DNA of 64,000 bases from Octopus sinensis (lineage: Eukaryota): assembly GCF_006345805.1 (NCBI RefSeq), contig NC_042999.1, positions 71,672,001-71,736,000 of the forward strand. Direction: 5' to 3'. Within the stretch, counting starts at the first letter, position 1. Each line of letters begins with the position of its first letter. The translations under genes were made by a program, and so were the position numbers. Of the stretch, positions 1 through 14,824 are shown one piece after another. The notes beneath the pieces were generated by a model that ran no database searches, was not told the origin of the DNA, and worked only from the letters and a program-made list of their open reading frames with translations.

Positions 1-123
1 AAAAGAAAAAAAAGAAAGGTACGATATGTAATTTTCAACTGTAAATAAGAATTATATATAAGTATAAAAAAGTAAAAGACATACAATAAATATAAATATA
101 TGTATACATAAAATTAAAAATAC

Positions 124-169
<46 letters not shown>

Positions 170-938
170 AAAAATTAAAAGTTACGATGTGTGAATAAGA
201 ATTACATATAAATAATATTGTATAAAGACAAGTAAAAGATAGGCAATTATAAATATAAAATAATATATATATAAAGTGAAATTATACATATATGCACATA
301 TTTAAAAAGAAAATGAGGATCTAAATATATTTACAGACATTCTGTTGGATGGCCGTTGACTATTCAGGTCTTATTTTGCATCCCGCAGTTTGTCCAACAA
401 CACCCTCCTTACCAAGGAAGCCTGGTGGGGTTGCCAGTTTAGTCGCCGACGACCCGATCATGCGACTGGCTGTACTAGATTACATGTTACCAGTAGCACT
501 AAAGAGCGACCTGACCCATATATATATGCATACATACATGCGTACACATACACACATATATATGTGTGTGTGTGTATGTGTATGTATCTATATACGCACA
601 CATATATACGTATGTGTGCATATGTGCGTGTGCGTGCGTGCATTTATTGTTCAAACATTTGGTTCGGGGAACCAGCGTCAAAAACAACTGGAAAACATTT
701 CAAAGTATAATTTATCATCGCCGTACATTGCATTAAAGCGCAGCGTCATATGGTCGGAAGAATTGAAGAAAAACTTGAAGTGCAAAAGATGCAACGACAC
801 AAAACAATCATACTTTTCTCCCTATGTTTTCTGCAAAGATTGATTTTCATCTCTATGGTGGAACTACTCAATCAAAGAGAAATTGTAGTTCGCGGACACA
901 AAAAACAGCCGACGAAGTCGACTACGATGGATGTATAT

Positions 939-977
<39 letters not shown>

Positions 978-1071
978 TGTGCGTGTGTGTGTGTGCGTGT
1001 GTGTGTGCGTGTGTGTGTGCGTGTGTGTGTGTGTAAACGAATACAATTATTCATTTATGTATTTCTTTTAT

Positions 1072-1424
1072 CAGTCTCAGTCATTAGAGTGCGGCCACGC
1101 TGGGGCACCGCCTTGAATATTTAGTCTAATCAATCGCCCCCCGTACTTATTTTTTAAACCCTGGAACATATTCTATCGGCCTATATTGCCATAAGCTAAG
1201 TTACGGGGACGTAAACCCACTCACACCGGTTGTCAAGTGGTGATGGTAGGGATAAACAGAAACACACATAGATATATATGCTTCTTCCAGTTTGCATCTA
1301 TCAAATCCCCTCACAAGGGTTTGGTGGGCCCGAGGCTATAGTTGACACGCGCCTAAGGTGTCACGCAGTGCGTCTGTATCCAGAACCATGTGGTTGGGAA
1401 CAAGTTTATTACCACAAAGCCACT

Positions 1425-1428
<4 letters not shown>
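1072..1428 (-). mobile_element. tRNA-derived SINE, type A (composite, decayed)
   Basis: Reverse complement of a tRNA-like head at 1330-1428 plus the shared body 'gccacgctggggcaccgcc...ctaagttacggggacgtaaac'. The same blocks recur at 6.6, 37.8, 42.9 and 48.1 kb. Confidence 0.85.
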
Positions 1429-1478
<50 letters not shown>

Positions 1479-1605
1479 GTACATATCTATCTAGAGGTAC
1501 GTATGCATATATCAATAAACTCAAATGCACGCACGCAGACGCATGCACATACACAAATACACACACACATACACACACACACGCACACACGCACACACAC
1601 ACACA

Positions 1606-1682
<77 letters not shown>

Positions 1683-2364
1683 TATATATTCGTCTTCCTG
1701 TACACCAAACCTTAGTAAAGGCTGTAAGACCTATTTATAAATGTTCTAAAATCTTCACTGTCTTGCTTTTTTATCTCATTCTGAAAAGAAAATGTATATA
1801 TATATATATATATACACTGTCAGTTCTTTTTATGTCTCATCAATCTTAACAGAGGAGATAGGAAAAACGTTATCTACTTTTTGAAAATCTAGTGTATATT
1901 TATTTCCACGGTCGCAAGAGGTTTTCAGCACAAGGAGACGAAAAGAAGTTTGTTCCTTTCAAAAGGAGTAATTTATTATGAGCGTTGATGCATTAGGTAA
2001 GTTTTGTAACTTTTACAAATTTTTACGCTTTGACTACGTTAAAGAAAAAGAACCTAGCATGAAAGAAAATTCATTGTTAAATACGATCAATTTAACAAGA
2101 ACTACCGAATCGAATGGTATTGATTCATGTTGATATTCTGTTTGCATTGGTCTAGATCGATAAAATTGATCATGCACACCTATACACAGTACTGCCCGCG
2201 CGTACATTGCACGCACACATACATATATGGATGTATATAGAAATATACATGTGTCTGAGTGTGTGTATGTGTATATATATTTATATGTAATATCTATAGA
2301 TGCACGTTATTCTTCTCACAAAATACTTTTACATGTATACAAACTTGTCGGGAGATGGAGTGAT

Positions 2365-2532
2365 AGAAATATTGGTTTCAAATTTTGGTAATTTCGCGGG
2401 AGGGGATAAGTCGATTACATCGGTCCCAGTGCTTAACTTCTACTTTTTATATCGACCCAGAAAGGATGAAAGGCAAAGTTGGCCTCGGCAGAATTTGAAC
2501 TCAGAATATAAAGACAGCCAAAATGCCGCTGG
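2365..2532 (-). mobile_element. tRNA-derived SINE, type B
   Basis: 'aaggatgaaaggcaaagttggcctcggcagaatttgaactcaga' is the reverse complement of the B-box region seen on plus at 34.5 and 54.3 kb. Confidence 0.85.
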
Positions 2533-2574
2533 AGGCCTTCTGACAAATTATCTCTTATTAGAAAGCGAAGCGAC

Positions 2575-3172
2575 CCACGTTACACGACGAAAACAGTGAA
2601 GTATGGGGGAAAGAGTCTGTTACTTTAGGGATACATAAAAATCGATGATTCAAGTTGATTAAAATTGACGCTAATAGTGCCAAATTCCTCCAGTTGCTGA
2701 AGGACAATTTCATACCAGACTCGGAGGAGGGTGAGATTTTTCAGCATAAGGGAGCTCCATGCCACAGATCGCGTGCAACACAACAGAGTCTGGCTGATGA
2801 AGGTGCTAGCGTATTGAATGATTCGGCAGCTCAGAGCGCTGCCTTAAATATCATCGAGCAAATAAGTACAGAATTAAAGAGAAGAGTTCGTCAGAAGATT
2901 CCACGCAATCTTGAAGAGATGTGTGAGCTCAGCCACAGAGATTGGCATCTCATACCTGTGAAGATGGCGAAGGATTTCCATGCATCTCTTCTCAGGCGCA
3001 TTGAAGCAATTATTTAAGCTAAGGGAAGCCACATGGAATATCAACAATGTACAGTTACTTCTTGTAATGAACATTATGTAATAAATTTTCATTATAGATA
3101 TTTTTCTGTTTTAGATCAGTATATTTTGATTGGTTTATGTGAGGTGGGCGAAAAACATTTTTTGTGGTCGTC
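2575..3172 (+). mobile_element. Tc1-like (DDE) transposase 3' relic
   Basis: VKYGGKS..., then IFQH(K)GAPCHRSRATQQ...AQSAALNIIEQ...ELKRRV...SLLRRIEAII*AKGSH. These are decayed Tc1 QQDNAPxH, SPDLNPIE and C-terminal motifs. Confidence 0.85.
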
Positions 3173-4278
3173 TTGCATTTTCCCCTCTCATTTAGAATGC
3201 CTACTGCAAAATATAATGATTACGTATGGAAATTACTCCAATAGGGCCAATGTTGCATCTGTAAAAAATTCAATGCGAAACAACCACTTATAATTTGGCA
3301 GTTATTAGAAATTTACAGTAGTTTAAAGTGGTCGAAGACTATACACGGCACCGTACACATCTTTACCGTTTGTTGCAATTTTAGTCTAGGGCCCTGCTGA
3401 AGTACTGCCTTTACGGATTTTGTAGATCCCATCAACTTAGTAATTATTTTAAGACTGATGTACATTCTGTGAGATAATTTTTGTCGAACCACTAATCATC
3501 CCAGACTAGTTGCTGGTTACGAAGAGGACATCAGCGAATCATAGCCATGTTGCGTTTATAAATGTTACTTGTCAACTGTAGATTATATAACCATTTATGT
3601 ATACACCTCTGAAATACATACGTATGAAGGATGCTCATACGTGCGCATGTGTGAATAATCGTATCACTTACGTCAATCAATTTCCCAGTACGTATCTTTC
3701 TATGCAGCTAGATATGTATGTTACGTGTTCGAATTAAGTGTGTATGTATGTATGTATGTATGTATGTATGTATGTATGTATGTATGTATGTATGTATGTA
3801 GGTGTGTGTCTGTGTGTGTGCGTGTGTCTGTCTGTCTGACTGTCTATGTATCTACCTATCTATCTATTAACCTACCTATATGTGCGTCTGTGTTTGTTTA
3901 TGTAATATACATACATACACACACACACACATATTACATGTGTGTGTGCGTGTGTGTCCACGCGCTCAAACGCGCATACATATTTATCCAGAACTTCGTT
4001 ACTACCACTTAAATATATATTTCAGGAAGATGAACATGGTAACTGTGTGTTTGCACAACAGTAGAAATCATTCATGCACCTCTGTATATATATGCATTTC
4101 TGTAAGTCTTTGTGTGTGCGCGCGTGTGTGTGTGTGTGCGCGCGCGTGGCGTGTGTGTGTGTATGTATGTATGTATGTGTGTGTGTGTGTCGTATACGTG
4201 TGTGTGTTCCTTTGTGTATGAGTGTGACAGGAAGTCTATGTACTAAATTGATTCTTTGCAGCGTTTCTTCTTCCTCAG

Positions 4279-4369
<91 letters not shown>

Positions 4370-6139
4370 TGCTAAAATTCTCTCTTGTTCAGTGCAGGGA
4401 ATTATTCATTTTTTTCTTCTGATTACAGTTATCATGTGTAGAATGTATCTCATTAATATTTCACAGCAACTGTGTAGGCAGATAAGTTATCAACTTACTG
4501 TGTCACTCGACACAATGAGGACGCCTCTTGCAATATTTAGACATAATATGCTAGAGATAGCAACCTATTTTCTTTCAAATAACATTTCTACGAAGTGTAC
4601 GGTTACTCTGCTTTCATAAACAACAGAATGGTTACGGTAGGTTGTTCTCTGATATATCGGAACTGAAATTAGAATAAGGAACAAGATCATCAAGAGCAGC
4701 TAAAATAGTTTTTAAATTCCACCCTGCTTTGTTGAAAAAAAACGGACGCATTGAGTAAAATTTTGCTTTTAAGATAAATAATAGAGTGTTTAACATAATA
4801 GAAGTTTCTTGAAAAAAAGATCATATTTTAACAAATCTACCGTTCCTTTTACGCTTAAACATGAAAAGGAATGATCTTCAGGACCCCTGCTGGGACCTCC
4901 ACATAAGTAATTCTGTTACATATTCCATTAGATCCAATATGGTAGATCCGCAGACGTTCTCAAAATTTGGATCTATGATGCGAAATTAAAAATATAGAAA
5001 TCTGAATAAGTCCCTGGCTAGTACTTCCGAACTGATACAATTTAAAATTATAAAATTTAAAGTTAAGGATATTATTCCTCTCTTATACAGTTTCCAATAG
5101 TAACATTATAGCTCGGGTATTAAAATGCAACGCTAATTTAACTTATAACATTCGCGAAAAGTTATCCAAATTCAATGAAGTTTTGTCACCGTATGTTGTA
5201 GATCGGCCTCTTTTTTTCTGGTAAAACAACTTCTCCCCAGATGGGCAAGATTTAATTATCAAGGACAGAGTGGTCCATATTTAACCACTCATTGGTTAAC
5301 GTTTCTTTCAGCACTATAATGGATACAATTTTTGACGATGTTGCATGGAGCCTTTTATCAAGTTGTTACTATACGGGTTATATTGGATTGATATCTTGTC
5401 TTTGATCCACTTATTTCTGAAGTTTGATCACATGAGTTCTTTCCAAGCATATGTTTACATCGTCTTGAAAAACTTGATCTTCTCATGAATTTTCACATTA
5501 GAATGTATGTAATAAATTCCTTATAAACAGTTAAAATATCTGTGCGCTGCGATATATTTTCTTCTAAAAATTTATGACATTAATAGTTGCTCGTATTTAT
5601 CTGTATGTCAACTATGACTGGGCAGCTCTGTGGTCCAGGTGCCATGACTCTCACATTCTATTTCAGCCATATATCCATGACTATAATATATTTTTCTTTC
5701 TATAAAAGTGTGTAAGTTTTAGATGTCCCTTAAAACAAAGCGAAAGTCTCTGCAAGGGCCTACATGGTGTTGATAACACTGTTCTTTAAGAAATCGTCTT
5801 CCAACTGGTCCATTGAACGACGACAAGGGTTTGAATAGCAGCCTTTTCTCGAAACGTAACTGCCTTCTTTGTATGTTTCAATGCATAGAAAAATGTGTTA
5901 GTCTAAACCTAAATGTTTTCAGTTCAATAGACAAATAAAAGCCCCATTTCATGTATGTGGGGCCGTTATAACCAGCGTTTGTCTAATTAATCCTACGCTA
6001 ACATGTACATGTACGCACGTATTCAAGTCCTTTGTATGTATTTATCTTTCTCTCCGTACATCTACACACACATACACATATACACATACATACATACATA
6101 CATACATACAAACATACATACATACAATCCCCAGTATGA

Positions 6140-6560
6140 ATGAAGTCATTTCAACTCGTAATATGAAAGTGTACTGCTGGAATGTTCAAGTGAAAACCTC
6201 ACTACAATGTAAATATAATAGATCAGGCATAGTGATTTGGGGCAAGATAAGAGAAACTTTGTACAACTATGGAAATCAGCTTCACAATGGATATCAAAAT
6301 AAAGCTAAAGATCAGTGATAAAGAAAACACCTTAGCTGAACTATTGAGAAATTACAGTTACTCTACTCGGATTACAAGTTCAGGTATATATCTGTAATTA
6401 TTGGGCTCTGAGATATCTAACTGCCAAATCACCAATCTTGAGAAATTAGGTTCCTCAAAACCACTAATGAGAAAAGCTAATTAGATTACAAATTCAAGCT
6501 ATCAATTGAGTTGTAAAAATTTGTAAAACATTCCAGAAGTTTAATATTTGGGCATCTTCG
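6140..6560 (+). mobile_element. R4/Dong-like non-LTR retrotransposon, restriction-like endonuclease 3' relic
   Basis: With frameshifts it reads VYCWNVQVKTSLQCKYNRS(P)GIVIW...KLKISDKENT...LEKLG...IQAI...VKICKTFQKF, matching the RPD-type RLE C-terminus. Confidence 0.7.
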
Positions 6561-6609
6561 TGCATAATATGCAAAACAGCACATACACACAAAAACAATC
6601 TTCTATTTG

Positions 6610-7083
<474 letters not shown>

Positions 7084-7389
7084 TGCTGTTGAAATTCCAA
7101 AGAAGGAACCTTGGGTCTACGTTAGAATCCAATTCTTTATTAACAAGAAATCTTGAAATAAAACTGAATAATAACATATATACTTCCATGCATGCAAACA
7201 TATTTGCATCCATACATACGTACATACATATATACGTATACACAAACATACATACGTACAAACAAACATACATACATACATACATACATACATACATACC
7301 TATATACATACATACATATATACATATACACAAACATACATACACCTTCACCCTTGTCCCTTGTGTCAGTATGAAGCAGTTCCGTCTAG

Positions 7390-7466
<77 letters not shown>

Positions 7467-7738
7467 GTGTGTGTGTGTTTGTATGTGTGTGTGTATGCAT
7501 GTATGTATGCATGTATGTATATATATATATATTGATATTTGATATAGCCAATACATACAGCTCCACACTTGATACTTCAGTTGGTCTAACATATATATGT
7601 ATTTGTATTTGTGTATAATATCTATTAGGTTCGAATGAATTGCTTTGAAATTTTATGATGCGATAAACATTTCCAGCAAACTGATGTAATTATTTCTATA
7701 ATTATTGCCAGTTAACTAGAGCAGAGTAGCTTTACATT

Positions 7739-7802
7739 ATTTTATGACCTGATGAGTCTACGCTGAAGATGAACATCAGTAAGTAGCGAAACTTCATAAA
7801 AT
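7739..7802 (+). ncRNA. Degenerate type I hammerhead ribozyme motif (stem III missing)
   Basis: Stem I attttatga (7739-47) pairs with tcataaaat (7794-7802). CTGATGA at 7749-55, stem II ctac/gtag plus ctga/tcag closed by G-C, GAAA at 7788-91. Confidence 0.6.
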
Positions 7803-10800
7803 TACTTATGGAGCTGCACATAAAATATTGGTCAACTAATAATGTACTAAAATGATAATAAAATTCAACTATGAATTACTGAATATTTTTTCTGCTTAAT
7901 ATATATTGAAACATTACCTTAGACATAGTTGCAATATTAAGCGTTTTACAACAACGTATTGCATGACAAACATCGCCTTGTCAACTAATTACATGCCAAT
8001 CATTAATTCCGTCCAAATTATTATCAACCAGGGAATATTTCTTTGCTATTAGAAATGTTCCTGAAATTACAGCTCAGACTGAGAAAGAGAAAGACACTGA
8101 AACGAAAATGAATCTAGTTATACAAAACGACTTGATGGTCAGATGTTCATATGTAAAAAAGACTTTTGAGCCATATTGTGATTGGACAGCGCTGGCGCAA
8201 TGTTAAAAAACAACAATCATTGAAATTATATACAAAATTAAATATTAACATCAGCCGATAGAACAGTTTAAGGTAATCTTTAATGTTAGGAGTCATAGGA
8301 AAACGTTTGTCTTAGACTTTTGTTTTAAGTTCATATCACAGAATTACATTTTGATTTAAGTTGATGTGTAATATTACGTGGTGGCCCGTTTATAAATGCA
8401 GTTTCTTTGCGTCTCATCATATATATTGTAATATTGATATATGCATATATTTAAAATACTTGTTTAGCGATTAGTTTTGTTGTGTGAAATGCGGTTTAAT
8501 GCCTGATGGTATAATTACTTTTGATTAAAATAAGTCAGGATGAATATCAATAAGAAAATGCAAAGGCAAATTCAAGTTGACCGCACTGAAACATTTATTA
8601 CCGTGGCTAAATTGAAACAGCAAACTGGTAGGACTTTAATAATTGTCAGTACATTACATAGATTTAAACCTTTATAGAATTTGAAGATGAAAGGTTAGAA
8701 AAACGTGAAGCATAGCATCAAAGATTCTAGTGACAATTCTGTTCAAAACGTTGGAAAAATGCGAAACATAGCGTCAATGATTCTGGTTACAATTCTGTTC
8801 TTGCTGAAACTGCAAACTGAAAACACTGCTCTCATTGTCGAAGATCCCAAACTCGCTCATAGAAAACTCACCACCTTAAGGAATTAGCGAGAATAATCAC
8901 TCCTAAATAGCTAATGTAGGAACGCTAGGCTTGTCCAACACGTTAAGAGATGGACAATCCAAATAAAACTAAATGGACTGGACCACCATGGGATAAACCA
9001 AAAATAGGTAGTAAAAGTAAAACAAAAACACAATGTGGATAGCTAAAGGTCAAGAGCGATCATTCTTCTACTACAACTTGCTAGACTATTATTTGTGATT
9101 TTGTTATTGACAACCTTCTTTCTTCAGTTGCATCAGAATCTCTAGAACAGAGATACACCACCAACTATAAATTGCCATTGGGCATGCAAATTATCCCTTG
9201 TTACATATTCTGTCACATTTTCTGTACAAACAGAAATAGTTCTTTCGCAAACATATAACATAGACTGTGAACTCACTGGATTCTTTCTGACTAAACAGGA
9301 TGTCTGAAATTATAACTGAAGTTTTGACCAATCCATCTCTAATATATAGCTTATAGTTTTGGTAAATCAATGAGGCCACTTCAAAACTAAACCTTAATGT
9401 CTAAAGTTGAGCATATCTGCCCCTTTGTTTCTTTTTATTTGCCGTCATTTCACAAAGTTTTCCTGCGATAGTAAGAGAGGTATAAAGTGTTTCTTTAATA
9501 GATTTTTATTTCTAAAGTGTGAAATTTGTACTTCTCGATACGACTCACGACACATTGTTGCTTGATTTATTTGCTATTCTGCAAGCATGTAATTTCTTTT
9601 CACAGTTCAGAGATCAATTTAAAAACACCTAAAATCATTACCAAAATCCTTACTAAAAATATAAAATAAATCATAATAAATCAAGAAAAAAATTATCCTT
9701 TCATTAATAATTTTAATTAATTTATATGATGCAAAAGGAAATATAAACATGTATATAAAAATTTGACACAAACACAAAGCATAGCAGAAAAAATACTGTA
9801 TAATATTTATGAAAAGTCAAATTTATAAGATGAAATAGTCTTTTGGTGGTTTCTGACCTGAGGAAGTCTTTTCAAAAAATTATGTTAAGCCATGTGTGCT
9901 TCTTTTGCTACATTTTGACAAGTTATGGAAATGTGATTTCAATTAATTACACCAATTGTGTGAAAAAATCTGATTCATTTCTAATTTTTGGTTTCCATCC
10001 TTCTTAGTATTAATTATTTGCTCTTGGATTATGAATGAACGGTATTTCATTTCACAATTTTTGTTTTGTAAAGCGCATATTTTTTTACATTTTTTTACAT
10101 AACATTTATCCTTAAATATGGAAAATAACAATAATTCGACAGTTTAAAAATATCTGTCAAGTATCATAGAATAACATCAATTTCTAATCTTAAAATAGAT
10201 TTGCAAAATTCCTAACCTCTTCTTCTGAGAAAAATGTTCTAATTTTTGTTTCTACGAATTGTAAGATGATTTTGCCTTGAGGTAATCAAAACATTTCTAT
10301 GAAAATCAGATATTTACGTTTGGCTTCTCATTGAATTAGAAACCATTTTAAAGAAAATATTTTAAATTAACCTCTTCTTTATATGCACTAAAACCAAAAT
10401 ACTAAAAATAGTATTCATTTTTGAAACTGCTTTATTTAAATCTATAATTTAAAATATAATTCAATGAGAAATTTTAAAATACTCAATCATATAACATTAA
10501 ATATATCACCAGAAAATCCAATTAATTCTCTTTTATTAAACAAATAAAAATGTAAAATTTAAATGTTTTCAAATGTTTTAATAAATAAAATGTAAATATA
10601 TATAAACATAAGTTATATGATAAACATTGTTTATATAAAATGCTAATTGGTGCATATCACCAATTGGAGTAGAGAGATTCGGATGAATTATCTCCACTAT
10701 CAATACTTTACCATTCGCATCATTATCGTCGACGTGAAGATGATGAATGAATTTAAATAAGTATGCAAGTGATTAGATTATAGTTAACTATGCATAAGAA

Positions 10801-12195
10801 AATATAGTTGCATATCAAGAATTTTAGAATACATCCTAACATTATTTTTACCCACTCATCTCAATTCAAGTATAAACAGATGAACTACCAAATACTTCTG
10901 TCAAGCGTTCGGATACATTTCTGTGGAACATTGGGATTTTTATTCATAACAAAATGTTAAAGATACATGTTTTATATTTACTTCATCAACCCTGAGGTAT
11001 AAAATGTCATTCAAAACGTCAAAATAAAAAGAACGCTCTTTATGACCCGTATAGGTGTATTTGTACGTGTTTTATTTTCCCTGTTTTGTTCATTATTCTG
11101 TATTTGCAGTAGATGGATTATTTTTGATTAGAAAAAAACAAATTCTTAAATTCACGTGCCTCTTGCCTCCATATGAAATTGCAAGGAGACTTCGCTCTAA
11201 TAACATTGAGGAGAATCAGGAAAATATAAGCTTTCAAACAAAATGTTATAAAAAAGTATTATTCTAAAAATTTTGAGTAGCATAGAGTACATAAACAGGT
11301 AACATAACAAAACAAATAGTATATGAGAAAAATATTAACATAACATGGTTAATAAATACTTTTAATGCCACACGCATTTTCCCAAACATAATGATGGCTC
11401 TGAGAAGAAATCTGTCATGCCACATGTATTACCCTTAACGTAAAATGTTATGCTTGTATGCCTATCTTTAATTTTTAAAATGCAATTTCGTGATGTATCA
11501 TCAATTGGTAAAGCAAAATTTGTTATAGCTGTGCATTAAGTACGTTAAGTACATTTAAAAGAAATAGAAATTAAATTATACTTACAGCCGAGTGAAATTA
11601 AGTACATGAAGGCTTTGACAGTTTGATAAAATATAAGATAAATATTAACTTCTAGGAATTAATATCTTTTTTGAGTAATTATTCATCTAATCACGTTGAA
11701 TTCGTGTATTTGAATTATAAAAGTCGTTTTCGTTTTCCAGTAGAATAATATTCAAATCATTGAGAACAGTTATAGAAACTAGCAGTGAAAGCTACCAACA
11801 ACTCTGAAAGAATTTGTGCGTCTCAACATGAATGAATTACTTTATAAAATATACAATGCCACTTGTTTGTCAATACAGTTTTATATTTTAAATCTTATCC
11901 AGGAAAATGATTTCTTGCATGAATAAAAGTTCCTTGATATATATGGGGAAAATAGAACTGAAATAATCACCAAATAATTCACTCAGGGCGTAGGCTAAGT
12001 GAAAAAGTTTTAACAAAGAATCGATACCAGATCGAAAATTTACCTTCCTAAAATTTGATTTCTGAATGATCTAAAAAAATGAATATTGATTTCTACTATT
12101 AAGAAGGAAAGAATAGCAAACTATTGGTACACTTCAAGAAACCAAAACGTGTATCATAACAGAAAAGGAGTACGTTTGTTGTCAGTTACCTTTTA

Positions 12196-13462
12196 TTAGG
12201 TGGTTCCGAAAATAATGGCCGATTTCAGAAACAATTTTATTCTGGAAGAATTAACAATAGAAATACTTTGATTTAATCAAAGTATGAGTTGTGAACATCT
12301 CTGCACCTTTGCTATCGCTCAACGAGATTATTTATGCCTCGTTCATAAAAACGTATTGATTTTAATGCTAAGGAATCTTTGAAAGCTGATTCTACCTTTG
12401 GTTTGGACCTGAAAGTTTTATCACTTAAAAACGTGTTTAAATGCTTTGAAAAATAGCAGTCAGTGGGTGAAAGATCAGGAGAATAGGGAGGATGTGGCAA
12501 AGTCTCGTATCCAAAGTCTGTGAGTTTGTGCAGCGTCTTTCTTGCAACATGTGGCTTTGCATTATCGTGGATCAGAATTGGGCCATACCGATTCACCAAT
12601 GCAGACTTCATTTTCTGATAGTGAGAATGCATTTCAGCGAGTTGATTGCAGTAAACCTCTGCTATAATGCTATGGATGACTTCTAGTAGTGGACAGACCA
12701 ATTGCAGACCAGCAGATAGCCACCATAATCTTTTGCTGATGCAACTTTGGCCTTGGGAAATGTTTGGGAGACTCATCATAATCAAGCCGTTGACCTGATC
12801 GTTTACGGTTATCATAAATGATCCACTTTTTGTCACACGTGACTATTCGGTCAAGAAAAGGATAATTGGTGTTTCGGAGAAAGAGTATCGTACATACTTC
12901 AAAACGCCGAACGTTTCGATTTTCATTGAGCTCATGCTGTACCCATTTATCGAGATTTTCGCCTTATCTATCTTCTGCAGATTGCGTGAGACCGTTGCAA
13001 CACCGATACCAAGTACCTGAGACATTCCTCTGGCATTTTCACGTGGGAATTTTTACACCAATTACTTTCAGTTGTTCATTGACACGACTGCATGACCGTC
13101 CTCTACCTTCTTCATTTTCAAGGCTCTCATCACCACTACGGAATTTCTGAAAACACCATCGTACTGTGCGATCACTTGTGGACTCTCTCCTTATGCTCCG
13201 TTGATATTGGTAGCAGTTTGGGAGGCATTGTACCCAACTTGAACTCATGCAAGAAAAGTTAACGAAGGTCCTTTTTTGGCATGTTCATAATTAAGGGGGC
13301 CAATGATTCAAGAATGTTTTCTGTCTAAAATAAGCAGAAAATTATTAAAGAGCATGTATCAATTATTAAGTATGTCGAAATTCACTTAAAATATAATACT
13401 ATGATAAAATTGCGTTTCAAAACACAACACTTAGAGCCACCATTATTTTCGGAACAACTTAA
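12196..13462 (-). mobile_element. Full-length mariner (DD34D) element, transposase pseudogene
   Basis: TIRs ttaggtggttccgaaaataatgg and its reverse complement (21/23 match), flanked by TA at 12194-95 and 13463-64. Motifs KWVQHEL, IVTCDKKW, HDNAKPH, PHPPYSPDLSPTD; several frameshifts. Confidence 0.95.
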
Positions 13463-13554
13463 TACTATAACATTCAGTAGGTGAACAACTCTTAACTATG
13501 GAAGATAAAAGAACTGCAGTTAAGTAATAAGTGATACACTGAGCAAATAGTGAT

Positions 13555-13730
13555 TCCAAATTTTTGCACAGGGCCAATAATTTCGGGGGTAGGGTGCAAG
13601 TTGATTGTATCGAAGCCATAATTTTATGTGTCCTGGGAGGATGAATGACCAAATCAACCTCGGCGGAATTTGAACTCAGAACGTAAAGTTGCTAAGCATT
13701 TTTCCCGGTGCAGTAACGATGCTGCCATGT
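13555..13730 (-). mobile_element. tRNA-derived SINE, type B
   Basis: 'caacctcggcggaatttgaactcagaacgtaaag' is the reverse complement of the type B head. Confidence 0.8.
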
Positions 13731-14302
13731 ATTGTTAGGCGTTTATATCCTCTTGAACTGAGCCAACAAGAGTTAAGCGTTCGACTTTGAGCAAACCATA
13801 ATACCAATAATGGAATTCAAATCATCAAATATTTGTCCGGTAGTTTCAAATACTATCAACATAGCTAATTTCGACTCCTAATAATGATAATGACAGAAGC
13901 AAATATCTAGAGCAAACACTTGGGACGGAATTTAATCAGTAACATAAATTGTTTATATATCATATCCGGTTGGGAACGAATTATCAATAAGAGTTTTATT
14001 ACAGTTTGGATACAACAGAAAATAATTGAATGTTGATTTCTCGTATAATTTGGTTTGTGCAGCAAAATTAAAACATCCAGCGTTTAAAATGAAGTGAAGC
14101 ATCATGAAAATAGTTCGGGTCACGCATATGTAACTGTATGCCTGAGAATCGTTCAAAATTGCTGAGTCGTAATTGGATGTCCATAGTTCATTATCCCTTA
14201 ATGCCGTTTAAATGACAATATTTACTTTTGTGTTCCTGGCATGAATTCCAGCTGGAATTCCTAATATCAAATGCCCAAGTTCAATTATTTGTGAATCAAC
14301 TA

Positions 14303-14342
<40 letters not shown>

Positions 14343-14343
<1 letters not shown>

Positions 14344-14383
14344 TAGCATTAAAGACCCATCGTTGCCGGGTCATAGCACTAGT
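14343..14383 (-). mobile_element. Orphan Helitron 3' terminus
   Basis: On minus: hairpin gacccggcaacgatgggtc, 7 nt, then CTAG|T. Confidence 0.6.
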
Positions 14384-14519
14384 GCATGTATATATGTGTA
14401 TATATATGTGTACATATTACATGTATATATATATACATCTACACATAAAATACAAAATACAAAGTTATATCTTGATATCGCTAGTGATAACAATACTCAA
14501 AATATATAACAGACTGGAA

Positions 14520-14824
14520 TTGTTAGCCCGTCTCTTGTAATTTCGATCAATTGTATCTTGTCCTCCCTCTTGTATAGAAGCGTGGCTACAATCCAGCCTA
14601 CCTCTACTTCTGGGGGGGAGCATTTCTAATTTTTTTCCAGGACGGCCTACGTCCCAGATATAAAGGTAAAAATAAAATGTTTCCACTTTACAAGTTCGAG
14701 TCGAGTACTCCCTTGCACGCTCCGTTGACTCGAAACTTGCTTCTATTGTTGCGAATTTACCGCCTCTGGTTACATATCTTTCATAGACGCACCAAGACAC
14801 TTTTCGAAGGTGCTTTCCTCCATG
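14520..14824 (-). mobile_element. Tx1/L1-like ORF1 fragment
   Basis: YVTRGGKFATIEASFESTERAREYSTRTCKVETFYFY aligns with YMTKGLEYGTITVQLK..AARNIAAKVVSTEKFYLF of the adjacent element. Confidence 0.65.

Noticed and set aside
340-515. GC-richer block resembling an RTE LINE 5' region on minus
   Set aside because: Only a recollected resemblance; no motif or second copy in the window supports it.
11070-11267. Good acceptor (ctgtatttgcag) followed by an open frame DGLFLIRKKQ...KKVLF*
   Set aside because: No recognisable domain, no convincing donor and no partner exon.
11585-11611. 27-nt minus segment bounded by ag and gtaagt
   Set aside because: Weak acceptor; such matches are expected by chance in AT-rich DNA.
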